Source: a virus
Virus record (IMG/VR): IMGVR_UViG_3300042195_000059
Span: 805-64,804 of that record
Reading direction: 5' to 3' (one strand)
DNA: 64,000 nt
In this document: one piece after another, positions 34,825-42,893 of the stretch
How the letters are laid out: each line of letters begins with the position of its first letter
Numbering within the stretch: position 1 is the stretch's first letter
Program-made: the position numbers and the translations under genes
Notes under the pieces: model-generated
The model's input: the letters and a program-made list of their open reading frames with translations, nothing else
What the model was told of the DNA's origin: nothing
Database searches by the model: none

Positions 34825-35550
34825 ATGGAAGAGGATCTGTCAGAGTACTACAGGCGTCTGTTCAACGCCGAGCTGGTTGCACAAAACAAGAAGCGCTCGG
34901 AGCTGGCGCGTTATTTGCAGGTCAATCCCTCGCAGATATCCAGGCTGCTTGGCGTGGAGGAAAAAAACAAGGGCAAGGGCCCGCCCATAAAACTCGCGCA
35001 GCTGACGCTCGACAAGGTCGAACAAATTTCGAGATTCCTAGATATTAAAATGTCGCCAGAGATTTTGATTGCCAGAGGAAAGTCTTATGTTAAGTTTGCT
35101 CCCTTTAGAGGCGAACTAGCACACGGCGTATGGCTCGAAAAGATAATGGTGAGACAAAAGCATGTAAGGCAAATCCCTTATTTGCCTGTTGCTGAATTTG
35201 CACATTTAGAACAGTATGCCTACACGATTATAGACAATCATGCCAAAAGTTTTGCTGAGCAGGACTCTTTCGTAATCTGCGTCGATTATAACAAAGCCCG
35301 CAGCTCTCCCAAAGACGAGGATGTTGTCGTAATTGAGCGGGTCAACACTCTTGCGGGTGGCAAAAGCAATGTCGTGGCGATTGAGCGAACCTTACGGATC
35401 GTCTCGCTACAAGATGACAAGGTTGTTCTCATCCCCCTCACGGATGATCCGGACGTGCAAGAGATCTCATATGATCCCAAAGGCACAGACATCACAATAA
35501 AAGCCTTAGTCCTCGGCACCTTCAATCTCTCCACCAACATCTCCTTATAA
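34825..35550 (+). CDS. CI-like prophage repressor (N-terminal HTH, C-terminal LexA/S24-like beta domain)
   Basis: HTH segment KKRSELARYLQVNPSQISRLLG. The 241-aa size and architecture fit CI/LexA-type repressors. I could not see a clear catalytic Ser (G-[DS]-S-M) motif. Confidence 0.65.
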   Translation: MEEDLSEYYRRLFNAELVAQNKKRSELARYLQVNPSQISRLLGVEEKNKGKGPPIKLAQLTLDKVEQISRFLDIKMSPEILIARGKSYVKFAPFRGELAHGVWLEKIMVRQKHVRQIPYLPVAEFAHLEQYAYTIIDNHAKSFAEQDSFVICVDYNKARSSPKDEDVVVIERVNTLAGGKSNVVAIERTLRIVSLQDDKVVLIPLTDDPDVQEISYDPKGTDITIKALVLGTFNLSTNISL

Positions 35551-35570
35551 ACAGGAAAGACTGCGACTTT

Positions 35571-35652
35571 TTCGCATCAGACGCAAAGGCTGACGTTTGA
35601 TTTGCGAAAAACGCAAAAATTACGATTGACATGCCTTTGCGAATAACGCAAA
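35571..35652 (+). promoter_or_regulatory. rightward early promoter with three operator sites
   Basis: TTTGCGAAAAACGCAAA at 35601-35617. TTGACA at 35626-35631, then TGCC, then TTTGCGAATAACGCAAA at 35636-35652. An imperfect site lies at 35571-35587. Confidence 0.65.
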
Positions 35653-35750
35653 GATGACCCTATCAGCCGCCCCAATGGCTGAACTCTACCAAACCCCGGC
35701 GTTGCCCATAAAGCTTCGCCGGGTCCAAAGAGCAAAAGGATCAAGGGAAT

Positions 35751-36020
35751 ATGAAACCAGTCTTAATCACAACTCAGCATCGCGGCGTCTTCGCCGGTCT
35801 GGTCGAAGACGATCAGGACATCAACGCACGCTCCATGCCGCTGAAAGCAGCGAAGATGGCTATCTACTGGGGCACGACGCGCGGCGTCATGGAACTGGCA
35901 CAGTCCGGCCCCACCGGTAAGAGCCGCATTAGTCTTCCCGCTGACATTCCGGCCTTACACGACATTACAGCCGTTTTCGAAATCTCCCCGGAAGCTTGGG
36001 CCAAGTGGCTGGAGGCTTGA
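35751..36020 (+). CDS. hypothetical protein (89 aa)
   Basis: First ORF of the rightward operon. Confidence 0.5.
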   Translation: MKPVLITTQHRGVFAGLVEDDQDINARSMPLKAAKMAIYWGTTRGVMELAQSGPTGKSRISLPADIPALHDITAVFEISPEAWAKWLEA

Positions 36021-36024
36021 TCCA

Positions 36025-36447
36025 ATGGATGACCTCCTAATCACGCGCGATGACCTCATTAAGGGCGGCCTTTGCATGGAAGGCGTGAATGAGGTCATCA
36101 GCAGGGTTTGGCCAATCGCTGCGGCGATGCCGATCAGCGCCATTCTGCCAAGCCTCGACGAAGACGAGAAAGACCAGATGCTAACCGCCGTCAAGGCGGA
36201 CGGCTACGGCAACGGCAACGGCAACGGCGACGGCTCCGGCTACGGCTCCGGCGACGGCTACGGCAACGGCAACGGCAACGGCGACGGCTACGGCTACGGC
36301 TACGGCAACGGCGACGGCGACGGCTACGGCTACGGCTACGGCTACGGCTACGGCAACGGCGACGGCTCCGGCTACGGCTCCGGCGACGGCTACGGCAACG
36401 GCAACGGCAACGGCGACGGCGACGGCTACGGCTACGGCTACGATTAG
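36025..36447 (+). CDS. protein with a 57-aa N-terminal domain and 41 consecutive [D/Y/N/S]-Gly dipeptides
   Basis: The ORF continues from a non-repetitive N-terminus (MDDLLITRDDLIKGGLCMEGVNEV...) into DGYGNGNGNGDGSGYGSGDGYG...GYGYGYD. Confidence 0.6.
   Translation: MDDLLITRDDLIKGGLCMEGVNEVISRVWPIAAAMPISAILPSLDEDEKDQMLTAVKADGYGNGNGNGDGSGYGSGDGYGNGNGNGDGYGYGYGNGDGDGYGYGYGYGYGNGDGSGYGSGDGYGNGNGNGDGDGYGYGYD
36199..36444 (+). repeat. GGC-NAC hexanucleotide tandem repeat (246 nt) with a ~63-nt higher-order duplication
   Basis: Units GGCTAC, GGCAAC, GGCGAC and GGCTCC. The block GGCGACGGCTCCGGCTACGGCTCCGGCGACGGCTACGGCAACGGCAACGGCAACGGCGACGGC occurs twice. Confidence 0.9.
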
Positions 36448-36500
36448 TCTATTTCACCAAACTCTCTGCCTCCTCCCTCAGTAATGGAAGAGAGCAACTA

Positions 36501-36545
36501 AGCCCCAGCCGCACAGCCAAACCAACTAAGGCTGGGGCTTTTTTC
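36501..36545 (+). terminator. intrinsic terminator
   Basis: 10-bp stem AGCCCCAGCC/GGCTGGGGCT (36501-36510 / 36530-36539) followed by TTTTTT. The 19-nt loop is long. Confidence 0.55.
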
Positions 36546-36561
36546 AAAGAAGGTTGAGATC

Positions 36562-37083
36562 ATGATTTTCAATTCTGCCCCCAGCGATGAGCGTCACCAC
36601 TTTAGCTCCGGCGACACTAGTGCCCGTTGCCGTTATGCGGGGGCGGAAGCGCGTCAGTCGTCACGACATATAGCCCAGAGGCGGCTGACGCGCAGCTATT
36701 GGCTGGCGGTAACGCTCGGAACGGTTCTGGCGATCCTGATGCTGCTGTTCGCCCTCACATCCATCTATTTCAATTACACGCCGATCGGCATTTTCTACAC
36801 GGTCGTCGTGGGCAACATCGTCTTCATACTGAAGGTGCTTCAAACATTCCGCAAGCACTACGAGGCGGCGAACAAGACCTGCTGCCTTCAAGCGGAGGTC
36901 ATCGAGAAACTCGGTCAAGACAACATCGATCTCCAGCATGACGTTGAATACTGGAAAGCAATTTCCTTCACCAAGCGGGGTGGACTGACGGTGGTGGGGG
37001 AAGCGGCGGCGGGGCAATCCCGTTCGGAAAATCAGGAGGGCTCCGCCGCCGTTGTTCCTTTCAAGACAGATGGAGCGGCGTGA
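36562..37083 (+). CDS. membrane protein (2 TM) with C-terminal coiled coil (173 aa)
   Basis: TM helices WLAVTLGTVLAILMLLFALTSIYF and IGIFYTVVVGNIVFIL. Located just after a terminator. Confidence 0.5.
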   Translation: MIFNSAPSDERHHFSSGDTSARCRYAGAEARQSSRHIAQRRLTRSYWLAVTLGTVLAILMLLFALTSIYFNYTPIGIFYTVVVGNIVFILKVLQTFRKHYEAANKTCCLQAEVIEKLGQDNIDLQHDVEYWKAISFTKRGGLTVVGEAAAGQSRSENQEGSAAVVPFKTDGAA

Positions 37084-37331
37084 TGAAACTGCGCAAGAGC
37101 TTCTACGAGGTAGCCGAAGCAGACCCAGCAATGGCGACGGCCATGTTCCACGCAGCGCTTAAGCGCTTGGGCGGAAGCTTGTGCCTCACGCAAGAAGAGC
37201 TTGAAGCCTACGAGGGCGTCGGGTCCGCCAAAGCGCTTGTCGCGGGTGAAATGACCGAAGAGCCGGATATTGCCCATGTGGAATGGACTGCCGCCGTTTT
37301 CCAATTCACCAAGCCAGAGGGAGCCGCGTAG
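37083..37331 (+). CDS. hypothetical protein (82 aa)
   Basis: ATG 37083 overlaps the upstream TGA. Confidence 0.45.
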   Translation: MKLRKSFYEVAEADPAMATAMFHAALKRLGGSLCLTQEELEAYEGVGSAKALVAGEMTEEPDIAHVEWTAAVFQFTKPEGAA

Positions 37332-37333
37332 TC

Positions 37334-37618
37334 ATGAGCAAGCTTGTCACATGCGCAGTCAGCCACCTTCCTGCCGGTCATCCGAACGCTTGCGGCGATT
37401 GCGATCCCTGCATCGTGCACGACCGCCCGAAGCAGCTCGAAGCGCTCTATGTGGACTGGGAGCGCATGTACTGGAACATCAAATCTCTCATGAGCTCCGC
37501 ACAAGCCGCAAGCTATGCGCTGAAAAGCTACGAGTACGGTAATTCGTCACCGGAGCTTGCACAAGAGGTGATCGTGGCGCTTGAAGCAGATCTAGCCAAA
37601 GCAAGAGGCGCACAATGA
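37334..37618 (+). CDS. Cys-rich hypothetical protein (94 aa)
   Basis: Track ORF trimmed to ATG 37334 (MSKLVTCAVSHLPAGHPNACGDCDPCIVH...). Confidence 0.5.
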   Translation: MSKLVTCAVSHLPAGHPNACGDCDPCIVHDRPKQLEALYVDWERMYWNIKSLMSSAQAASYALKSYEYGNSSPELAQEVIVALEADLAKARGAQ

Positions 37619-37950
37619 CCCCATCCGTAGAAGCCTACATCTCTCTCGACGGCACCGGCTACACGATCAGCGACAAGGGCGGAATGTTCCCCTGCGATCT
37701 GTACGCGGATATCGCGCCGGGAATGATGCCGGGAGATTTCGAGATCACCGCCATTTATGTCGGCTCTGAACACGTCAGTTTCAAGGAACGCCTTACCGGA
37801 GATCGTCACGACGAAGCCGCTCTCATTCTGATCAAGGATCACGACTGGCTTGAATGGGCGGAAGAACAAGGCGGCGTTGATGCTGATTGTCGGCGTCCTG
37901 CTGGCGGCGATGTTGGTTCAACGCATGTCGATGCGGGGGCACAGATATGA
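37615..37950 (+). CDS. hypothetical protein (111 aa)
   Basis: ATGA coupling at both ends. Confidence 0.5.
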   Translation: MTPSVEAYISLDGTGYTISDKGGMFPCDLYADIAPGMMPGDFEITAIYVGSEHVSFKERLTGDRHDEAALILIKDHDWLEWAEEQGGVDADCRRPAGGDVGSTHVDAGAQI

Positions 37951-38198
37951 CCGTTGAAGACAGGGTGAAGCGGGTAATCGGAAGCCATTTCGATCTCGAT
38001 CCGGACATGATCAAGGTCACTTCTGAACTCGAAGTTCTTGGCGCGGATAGTCTCGACCTCATCGAACTGCTCATGGCCCTTGAGGAAGAATTCAGAGTTG
38101 AACTGCCAGACAATGACGAGATCTGCCACATCGCGACAGTGAAAGACGTGGTGAGGATGGTCAAGGATCATCTCTCCCATCAGGGAGTAACAGCATGA
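37947..38198 (+). CDS. acyl carrier protein
   Basis: Track ORF trimmed to ATG 37947 (ATGA overlap). 83 aa with the canonical ACP helix-II motif LGADSLDLIELLMALEEEF, which includes the DSL phosphopantetheine-attachment serine. Confidence 0.85.
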   Translation: MTVEDRVKRVIGSHFDLDPDMIKVTSELEVLGADSLDLIELLMALEEEFRVELPDNDEICHIATVKDVVRMVKDHLSHQGVTA

Positions 38199-38422
38199 CC
38201 TCAGACCGCGAACGCAAGCTCAAATTCATCGCCGAAGCTGGCTTCACCGATTTCCGCAAGAGCGTCATCGAAATGCTCTCAAGGCGCGGCCCCGATTGGC
38301 TCACAGACGATCAGATCGATGATCTTTACAGGGCAGAAGCCGCTGCCTGGGAACGGGCGCAGAGGCGGAATGCAGAGAACCGTGAACTTGCAGCCAGCGC
38401 CAAGCACGGGAGAGCGGCATGA
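38195..38422 (+). CDS. hypothetical protein (75 aa)
   Basis: ATGA coupling. Confidence 0.5.
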   Translation: MTSDRERKLKFIAEAGFTDFRKSVIEMLSRRGPDWLTDDQIDDLYRAEAAAWERAQRRNAENRELAASAKHGRAA

Positions 38423-38538
38423 GCGACATCCTCCACTTTCTCAATCTCCGCGAAGCCTACCGTACCGGGATAATAGACCGCGCTGAATTTGTCCGCCGGT
38501 TTAACGAGGCGATGAAAGAGGCTGCAAATGACAAATGA
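38419..38538 (+). CDS. small protein (39 aa, SHOCT-like motif; below ORF-track cutoff)
   Basis: Translation: MSDILHFLNLREAYRTGIIDRAEFVRRFNEAMKEAANDK. ATGA-coupled to the upstream gene; the next ORF starts within its last codons. Confidence 0.4.
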   Translation: MSDILHFLNLREAYRTGIIDRAEFVRRFNEAMKEAANDK

Positions 38539-38761
38539 TCTGAACCTTTTCGAACGCCCCGCAGAGATTTGCTACTGCGTCGGCAATGGCGCTGCGACTT
38601 GTGCGCCATGCCGGGAACGTCGCGCGGGCAAAACCGCACAAAGCGAAGTCGTGCAGGCTGACACCTCGAAGCATCCCTTTCAGTGGCTACTGGATGCGTT
38701 GCCGGAGGCGGGAAAAGCAACCACCGACGATAACAATACCTGCTGGAGCAATGGCCAATAG
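38528..38761 (+). CDS. Cys-containing hypothetical protein (77 aa)
   Basis: ORF track. Confidence 0.45.
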   Translation: MTNDLNLFERPAEICYCVGNGAATCAPCRERRAGKTAQSEVVQADTSKHPFQWLLDALPEAGKATTDDNNTCWSNGQ

Positions 38762-38969
38762 CGGAAACTGCGATTACGAATGCAGCGTTTTTCTCGCTGG
38801 CCGCTGTGATGCTCAGGCCGACGCAGCAGAACACTTTGTTTATGAGGCAGAAGGCCGTGAATGGGCGATGACGCGCATTGAAGAAGATGCTGACGAGGAA
38901 GTCTATTCTTCCGTCAAAGCCATGATTGACGATCAGCGCGCGAAGGATGGAGGCTCTGATGCAGTCTAA
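38751..38969 (+). CDS. hypothetical acidic protein (72 aa)
   Basis: Track ORF 38586..38969 trimmed to ATG 38751 (MANSGNCDYECSVF...). Confidence 0.4.
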   Translation: MANSGNCDYECSVFLAGRCDAQADAAEHFVYEAEGREWAMTRIEEDADEEVYSSVKAMIDDQRAKDGGSDAV

Positions 38970-39270
38970 GACCATCAATTTCCGCGACCTGCCGCCAGAC
39001 GAGCGGAAAGAGCTTATCGCAGCGCTTGAGAGCGATGTTGCAACCCTGCGATACGTCGCCGGGGACCGCATAGAAGACCTATGTGAAACCGTACAGGACG
39101 CTGTTCGCGAAGTCATAGAGGAATGCCGCCAGCGTGGCAAGCGCTGCGCCCGTGAGCATGAAGATCTGAGAATTTCCGTCTACGCCTATCTGCATCAATC
39201 AGGCGACGGAATTTGCTGGGGAATTGATGGCTGTACGGGCGTCAATACAAAGCGGGGGATCGTGGAATGA
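38959..39270 (+). CDS. hypothetical protein (103 aa)
   Basis: ATG 38959 is preceded by GGAGG at a 6-nt spacing. Confidence 0.45.
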   Translation: MQSKTINFRDLPPDERKELIAALESDVATLRYVAGDRIEDLCETVQDAVREVIEECRQRGKRCAREHEDLRISVYAYLHQSGDGICWGIDGCTGVNTKRGIVE

Positions 39271-39452
39271 CCTGGGAAGAGCGCTGCAAAGCCGTGCCCC
39301 TCGGCACGAAGGCCCCAGCCATTGGCGGAGGCTACTGGATCAAAACCGATCGCGGATGGAAATGGCACAACGGAGCTACCTTTCCTTGTCCAGGAGGGGA
39401 TTGGACCGGGGAATTGATTGAACCCGCGAAGAAGGAAGAGGACGGGAAATGA
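39267..39452 (+). CDS. hypothetical Trp/Gly-rich protein (61 aa)
   Basis: ATGA coupling. Confidence 0.45.
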   Translation: MTWEERCKAVPLGTKAPAIGGGYWIKTDRGWKWHNGATFPCPGGDWTGELIEPAKKEEDGK

Positions 39453-39952
39453 CCACAATTCGCGACCTTGCCAGAGAAACAGAAGCCGCCCGCGCCCTCC
39501 GCGCGAACCTGGCTGACATTATTCAGGATGAAGACGACGCCCGTGATTTTGTCGAAGGCGAAACCAACCTTCTGGAAGCCATTGAGCTTGCCGTCAAGCA
39601 GACCGGTGAAGACGAGGCCGCTATCGAAGCGATCGACAATTACGTCGCCAAGCTTAAGGGCCGGAAGGATCGTCTCAAGAGCCGCTTGGAGGCCACACGC
39701 ACCGCTATTGCCGTTGCGATGAACCAAGCCAGCCAGAAGAAGATGGAGACGCCTTACGGCACCGTGACGCGGAAGTACACCATCAAGACCGCGATCATCA
39801 CCGATGAAACCAGCATACCCACACATTACTGGAAACCGCAAGACCCGAAGCTGGACAAGGCGAAGCTCGCTTCCGACATGCGTGCCGGCCAACGGATCGA
39901 AGGCGCAACGCTGTCCAACGGCGGCGAAACTGTAGCGATTAAGAGGGGCTGA
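39449..39952 (+). CDS. Siphovirus Gp157-like protein
   Basis: 167 aa with an acidic helical N-terminus, immediately upstream of RecT as is usual for the Gp157 family. Recognised from memory of the family. Confidence 0.5.
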   Translation: MTTIRDLARETEAARALRANLADIIQDEDDARDFVEGETNLLEAIELAVKQTGEDEAAIEAIDNYVAKLKGRKDRLKSRLEATRTAIAVAMNQASQKKMETPYGTVTRKYTIKTAIITDETSIPTHYWKPQDPKLDKAKLASDMRAGQRIEGATLSNGGETVAIKRG

Positions 39953-39954
39953 CC

Positions 39955-40938
39955 ATGAACGCACTCGTCAGATTTGATCCGAAACAAGTTGCTCTCATCA
40001 AGCAGACAGTCGCCAAAGACGCTGACGATGACGAGTTCAATCTCTTTGTCGAGATGTGCAAGGCGCGCGGACTCAATCCACTGACGCGGCAAATCTTCTG
40101 CCAGATATACAACAAAGACAATCCAGCCAAGCGTCAGATGGTCATCGTCGTGTCTCGCGAGGGGCAGCGCTCCATTGCCGAGCGCACCGGTTCCTATCGC
40201 CCCGACGAACAGCCAACCCGATTTGTAACATGCGAGAAGGTGCCAGCATCAAACCCTGCCGGTCTCGTCAGTGCAGAAGTGGCAGTCTACAAATACGCGA
40301 AAGACGGATGGTATCCGGTTCCCGCCGTTGTCTATTGGGAAGAATTCGCTCCCTTGATTGAAGCGGCTGAGGATGAGCGTTGGGAAGAGACGGGCGAAGT
40401 CTGGCCTGACACAGGGAAGCCCAAAAAGAAGAAAATTACCAGCGGCGAAATCATCACCAAGCTTGATCCGTCAAAACAGAACTGGCGCAAAATGCCTCGC
40501 CTGATGCTGGAAAAGTGCGCGGAAATGGCTGCGTTGCGCAAGGCATTTCCTGACGATTTCGGCGGGCTGTATGGCGAAGAGGAAATGGATCGGGGTGACA
40601 TCATAGATCTGACGCCAACTGAGATGGCCGAGAAATCCGCGCGCGAAGATCGCCTCGCCAAGATAGGCGGTCCTGATACCTACATCATCGATTGGCTTGA
40701 CGGCAACGAGCTTCAAAACGTGCCCGGCGGTAAGTTCGCCGATCAGGTCATGGCCTTCATCACGAGCTGCAAAGACGAACCGAGCGCCATCCGCACATGG
40801 AAAGATCGCAATAAGCATAGTTTCCGCCAGTTTTGGGCAGCGCACAAGGGCGAAGCGCTTGAACTAAACAAAGCCCTTGAGGCTGCAAGTCAGCCCGTCA
40901 CCGCCGGTCATGACCCTATAGGGGAGGAAGCGGCGTAA
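39955..40938 (+). CDS. recT: RecT/Bet-family single-strand annealing recombinase
   Basis: Motifs DEFNLFVEMCKARGLNPLTRQIFCQ ... VSREGQRSIAERTG ... EKCAEMAALRKAFPD, typical of RecT. Confidence 0.8.
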   Translation: MNALVRFDPKQVALIKQTVAKDADDDEFNLFVEMCKARGLNPLTRQIFCQIYNKDNPAKRQMVIVVSREGQRSIAERTGSYRPDEQPTRFVTCEKVPASNPAGLVSAEVAVYKYAKDGWYPVPAVVYWEEFAPLIEAAEDERWEETGEVWPDTGKPKKKKITSGEIITKLDPSKQNWRKMPRLMLEKCAEMAALRKAFPDDFGGLYGEEEMDRGDIIDLTPTEMAEKSAREDRLAKIGGPDTYIIDWLDGNELQNVPGGKFADQVMAFITSCKDEPSAIRTWKDRNKHSFRQFWAAHKGEALELNKALEAASQPVTAGHDPIGEEAA

Positions 40939-41204
40939 TGGCAGAGTACAATCAGCAATTCGACAGCTTTACGGAATGGGAGTGCAAGGCCCGCTCCTGG
41001 CTGACGCGCCGGCAGCGCTTCGATTCAAGCGGCCACCCGTACAACCGCGCCGTCTGCTTCGATATGAAGGGGCGACTTGTCCAGAACGGCGGCGACTTCA
41101 TGCGCGCGCGGGATGATGGATCGTTCCCTGTCCGCTGGCTATGGCCGGATCAAATCGCAGAGATCGGAAATCAGCACCCGTTCTTTCAGGATGAAGCGGC
41201 ATGA
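40938..41204 (+). CDS. hypothetical protein (88 aa)
   Basis: TAATG overlap with recT. Confidence 0.5.
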   Translation: MAEYNQQFDSFTEWECKARSWLTRRQRFDSSGHPYNRAVCFDMKGRLVQNGGDFMRARDDGSFPVRWLWPDQIAEIGNQHPFFQDEAA

Positions 41205-41452
41205 GCGACCGGCAGGACTGGCTGACATTTCGCGACATGCTCAGAGGCTACCGCAAGGATGTCGGCATGACGCAGGCAAAGTTCGGCGAGGCTATCGGCT
41301 ATTCCACGGCCTACGTGTGCGACATCGAGCTAGGGCATCGGAAGCCGTCAGTCCAGTTCGTCGAAAATTTCACCAGCAGGATGAGCATGCCGGAAGGCGA
41401 AGCCACAATCTGGCACAGGCTCGGCGCGAAAGCAAACGGGTGGAAGATATGA
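41201..41452 (+). CDS. XRE-family HTH protein
   Basis: Motif RKDVGMTQAKFGEAIGYSTAYVCDIELGHRKPS. Confidence 0.7.
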   Translation: MSDRQDWLTFRDMLRGYRKDVGMTQAKFGEAIGYSTAYVCDIELGHRKPSVQFVENFTSRMSMPEGEATIWHRLGAKANGWKI

Positions 41453-41544
41453 CCGAAACCGATCCAAACGCCTGGGTAATCATAGCCCTGCTTTGCGTCT
41501 GCATTGTTGTCTGGGGGATGGTTTTTTTGAGGCCGATGAAATGA
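41449..41544 (+). CDS. small single-TM protein (31 aa)
   Basis: Translation: MTETDPNAWVIIALLCVCIVVWGMVFLRPMK. ATGA overlaps at both ends. Confidence 0.4.
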   Translation: MTETDPNAWVIIALLCVCIVVWGMVFLRPMK

Positions 41545-42053
41545 GACAGGGCGCTCCGCTATCATATCGCTGGTCAGGCGACAGCTTCGAGATCCTCCCG
41601 CGCCATCAGAAGGCGGCAGACGCGGAGTTTGTGATCGGCCAAGTCTACACCTTGGAAGAGGTCAAGGGCCGGTCGCAGGTCAGTCACAACCACTATTTTG
41701 CAGCGATCCAATCCGGCTGGATGAATTTGCCGGAGCAGGTTGCTGAACGCTTTCCGACGACTGAGCATTTGCGCAAGTGGTGCTTAATTCGTTCTGGCTA
41801 CCACGATCAGCGATCCATCGTAGCAGCATCGAAGGCGGAGGCCCGGCGTGTCGCCGCATTCATCAAGCCTATCGACGAGTTCGCCGTCGTTGTCGTCTCA
41901 GAATGCACTGTAACGGTCTACACGGCAAAAAGCCAGAGCAAGAAGGCGATGGGCGCGGCTGATTTTCAGGCATCCAAACAAGCCGTCCTTGATCTGATTG
42001 CCGAGATGATCGGCGTCGAAACGAAGCAGTTGAAACAGGAGCAAGCAGCATGA
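41541..42053 (+). CDS. hypothetical protein (170 aa)
   Basis: Track ORF trimmed to ATG 41541. Confidence 0.5.
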   Translation: MRQGAPLSYRWSGDSFEILPRHQKAADAEFVIGQVYTLEEVKGRSQVSHNHYFAAIQSGWMNLPEQVAERFPTTEHLRKWCLIRSGYHDQRSIVAASKAEARRVAAFIKPIDEFAVVVVSECTVTVYTAKSQSKKAMGAADFQASKQAVLDLIAEMIGVETKQLKQEQAA

Positions 42054-42310
42054 GCAAGCGTTTTTGGATGGTCTGGAATTCGAACGGCCGCGCGCCGTGT
42101 CATCGCCATCTTACCGAAGCTGAGGCGATCAAGGAAGCCGAAAGGCTCATGAACTCATGCGCGCGTGGCGATGATGTCTTCTACGTGCTGGAAGCCAAGC
42201 ACCGCATCAAGATTGCAGATCGCCCGGTCGAGAAAGTCGAATTGGCTAATGAGCCGTTCACGGATGAAGAACGCCGGGCGATCGAGCACGATCAGGAAAT
42301 TCCATTCTGA
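42050..42310 (+). CDS. hypothetical protein (86 aa)
   Basis: ATGA coupling. Confidence 0.5.
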   Translation: MSKRFWMVWNSNGRAPCHRHLTEAEAIKEAERLMNSCARGDDVFYVLEAKHRIKIADRPVEKVELANEPFTDEERRAIEHDQEIPF

Positions 42311-42522
42311 TGACCAGCCGCCGCGCCATCCTCTTCCAAGATCTTGAGGCTGATATAGAGGCCCGTATGCATCCCCTCGAAGCAAAGAGACCGGGACGCA
42401 TCGTTACGGCTGCCTATGTCGCCACGGGCTTTCTGACAGGGATTGGGATGGTGTTCGGCTATCTGTTCGGTCTGGTTTTCATTCTGCCGGTGGCGGCTGT
42501 TTTCAGGAGGGTTAGGCGATGA
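42310..42522 (+). CDS. small membrane protein (70 aa)
   Basis: Hydrophobic segment VATGFLTGIGMVFGYLFGLVFILPVAAVF. Confidence 0.5.
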   Translation: MTSRRAILFQDLEADIEARMHPLEAKRPGRIVTAAYVATGFLTGIGMVFGYLFGLVFILPVAAVFRRVRR

Positions 42523-42893
42523 CGGAGCGCTGGACGATCCCCGAAGACCGCAAGCCACTGACACGCAAGCAGATTGCTGAGTTGTTCCTACGCCAGCAAG
42601 GGCGCTGCCCGATCTGCACCATGCGCCTCGAAACGAAGGGCCATGAGCCGGTGGAATTCATCGACGAGCACATGGATCCGCTCTGGCGCGGAGGATCGAA
42701 CGAACTGAACAACAGGGCTCTGGTCTGCAAACCTTGCGCCAATGCGAAGACTGTAAAGGAAACCTCAGAGCGCGCCAAGGGCTATCGGGTGAGGGATAGA
42801 TTCATCGGGGCGAAGAAGCCCCGTAACCCAATGCCGGGTTCGCGCAATTCGAAATGGAAAAAACGTATGGATGGGACGGTAGTGCTGAGATGA
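42519..42893 (+). CDS. HNH endonuclease
   Basis: Motifs CPIC ... DEHMDPLWRGGSNELNNRALVCKPCANAKT. Confidence 0.75.
   Translation: MTERWTIPEDRKPLTRKQIAELFLRQQGRCPICTMRLETKGHEPVEFIDEHMDPLWRGGSNELNNRALVCKPCANAKTVKETSERAKGYRVRDRFIGAKKPRNPMPGSRNSKWKKRMDGTVVLR

Noticed and set aside
36108-36557. 149-aa Arg/Gln/Leu-rich ORF (RRLRLRLRQRQRQRRR...) across the GGCNAC repeat
   Set aside because: It is an alternative frame of the same hexamer repeat. It lacks a coupled start or ribosome-binding site and runs through the terminator. The 36025-36447 frame continues from a normal N-terminal domain. The choice still needs proteomic confirmation.
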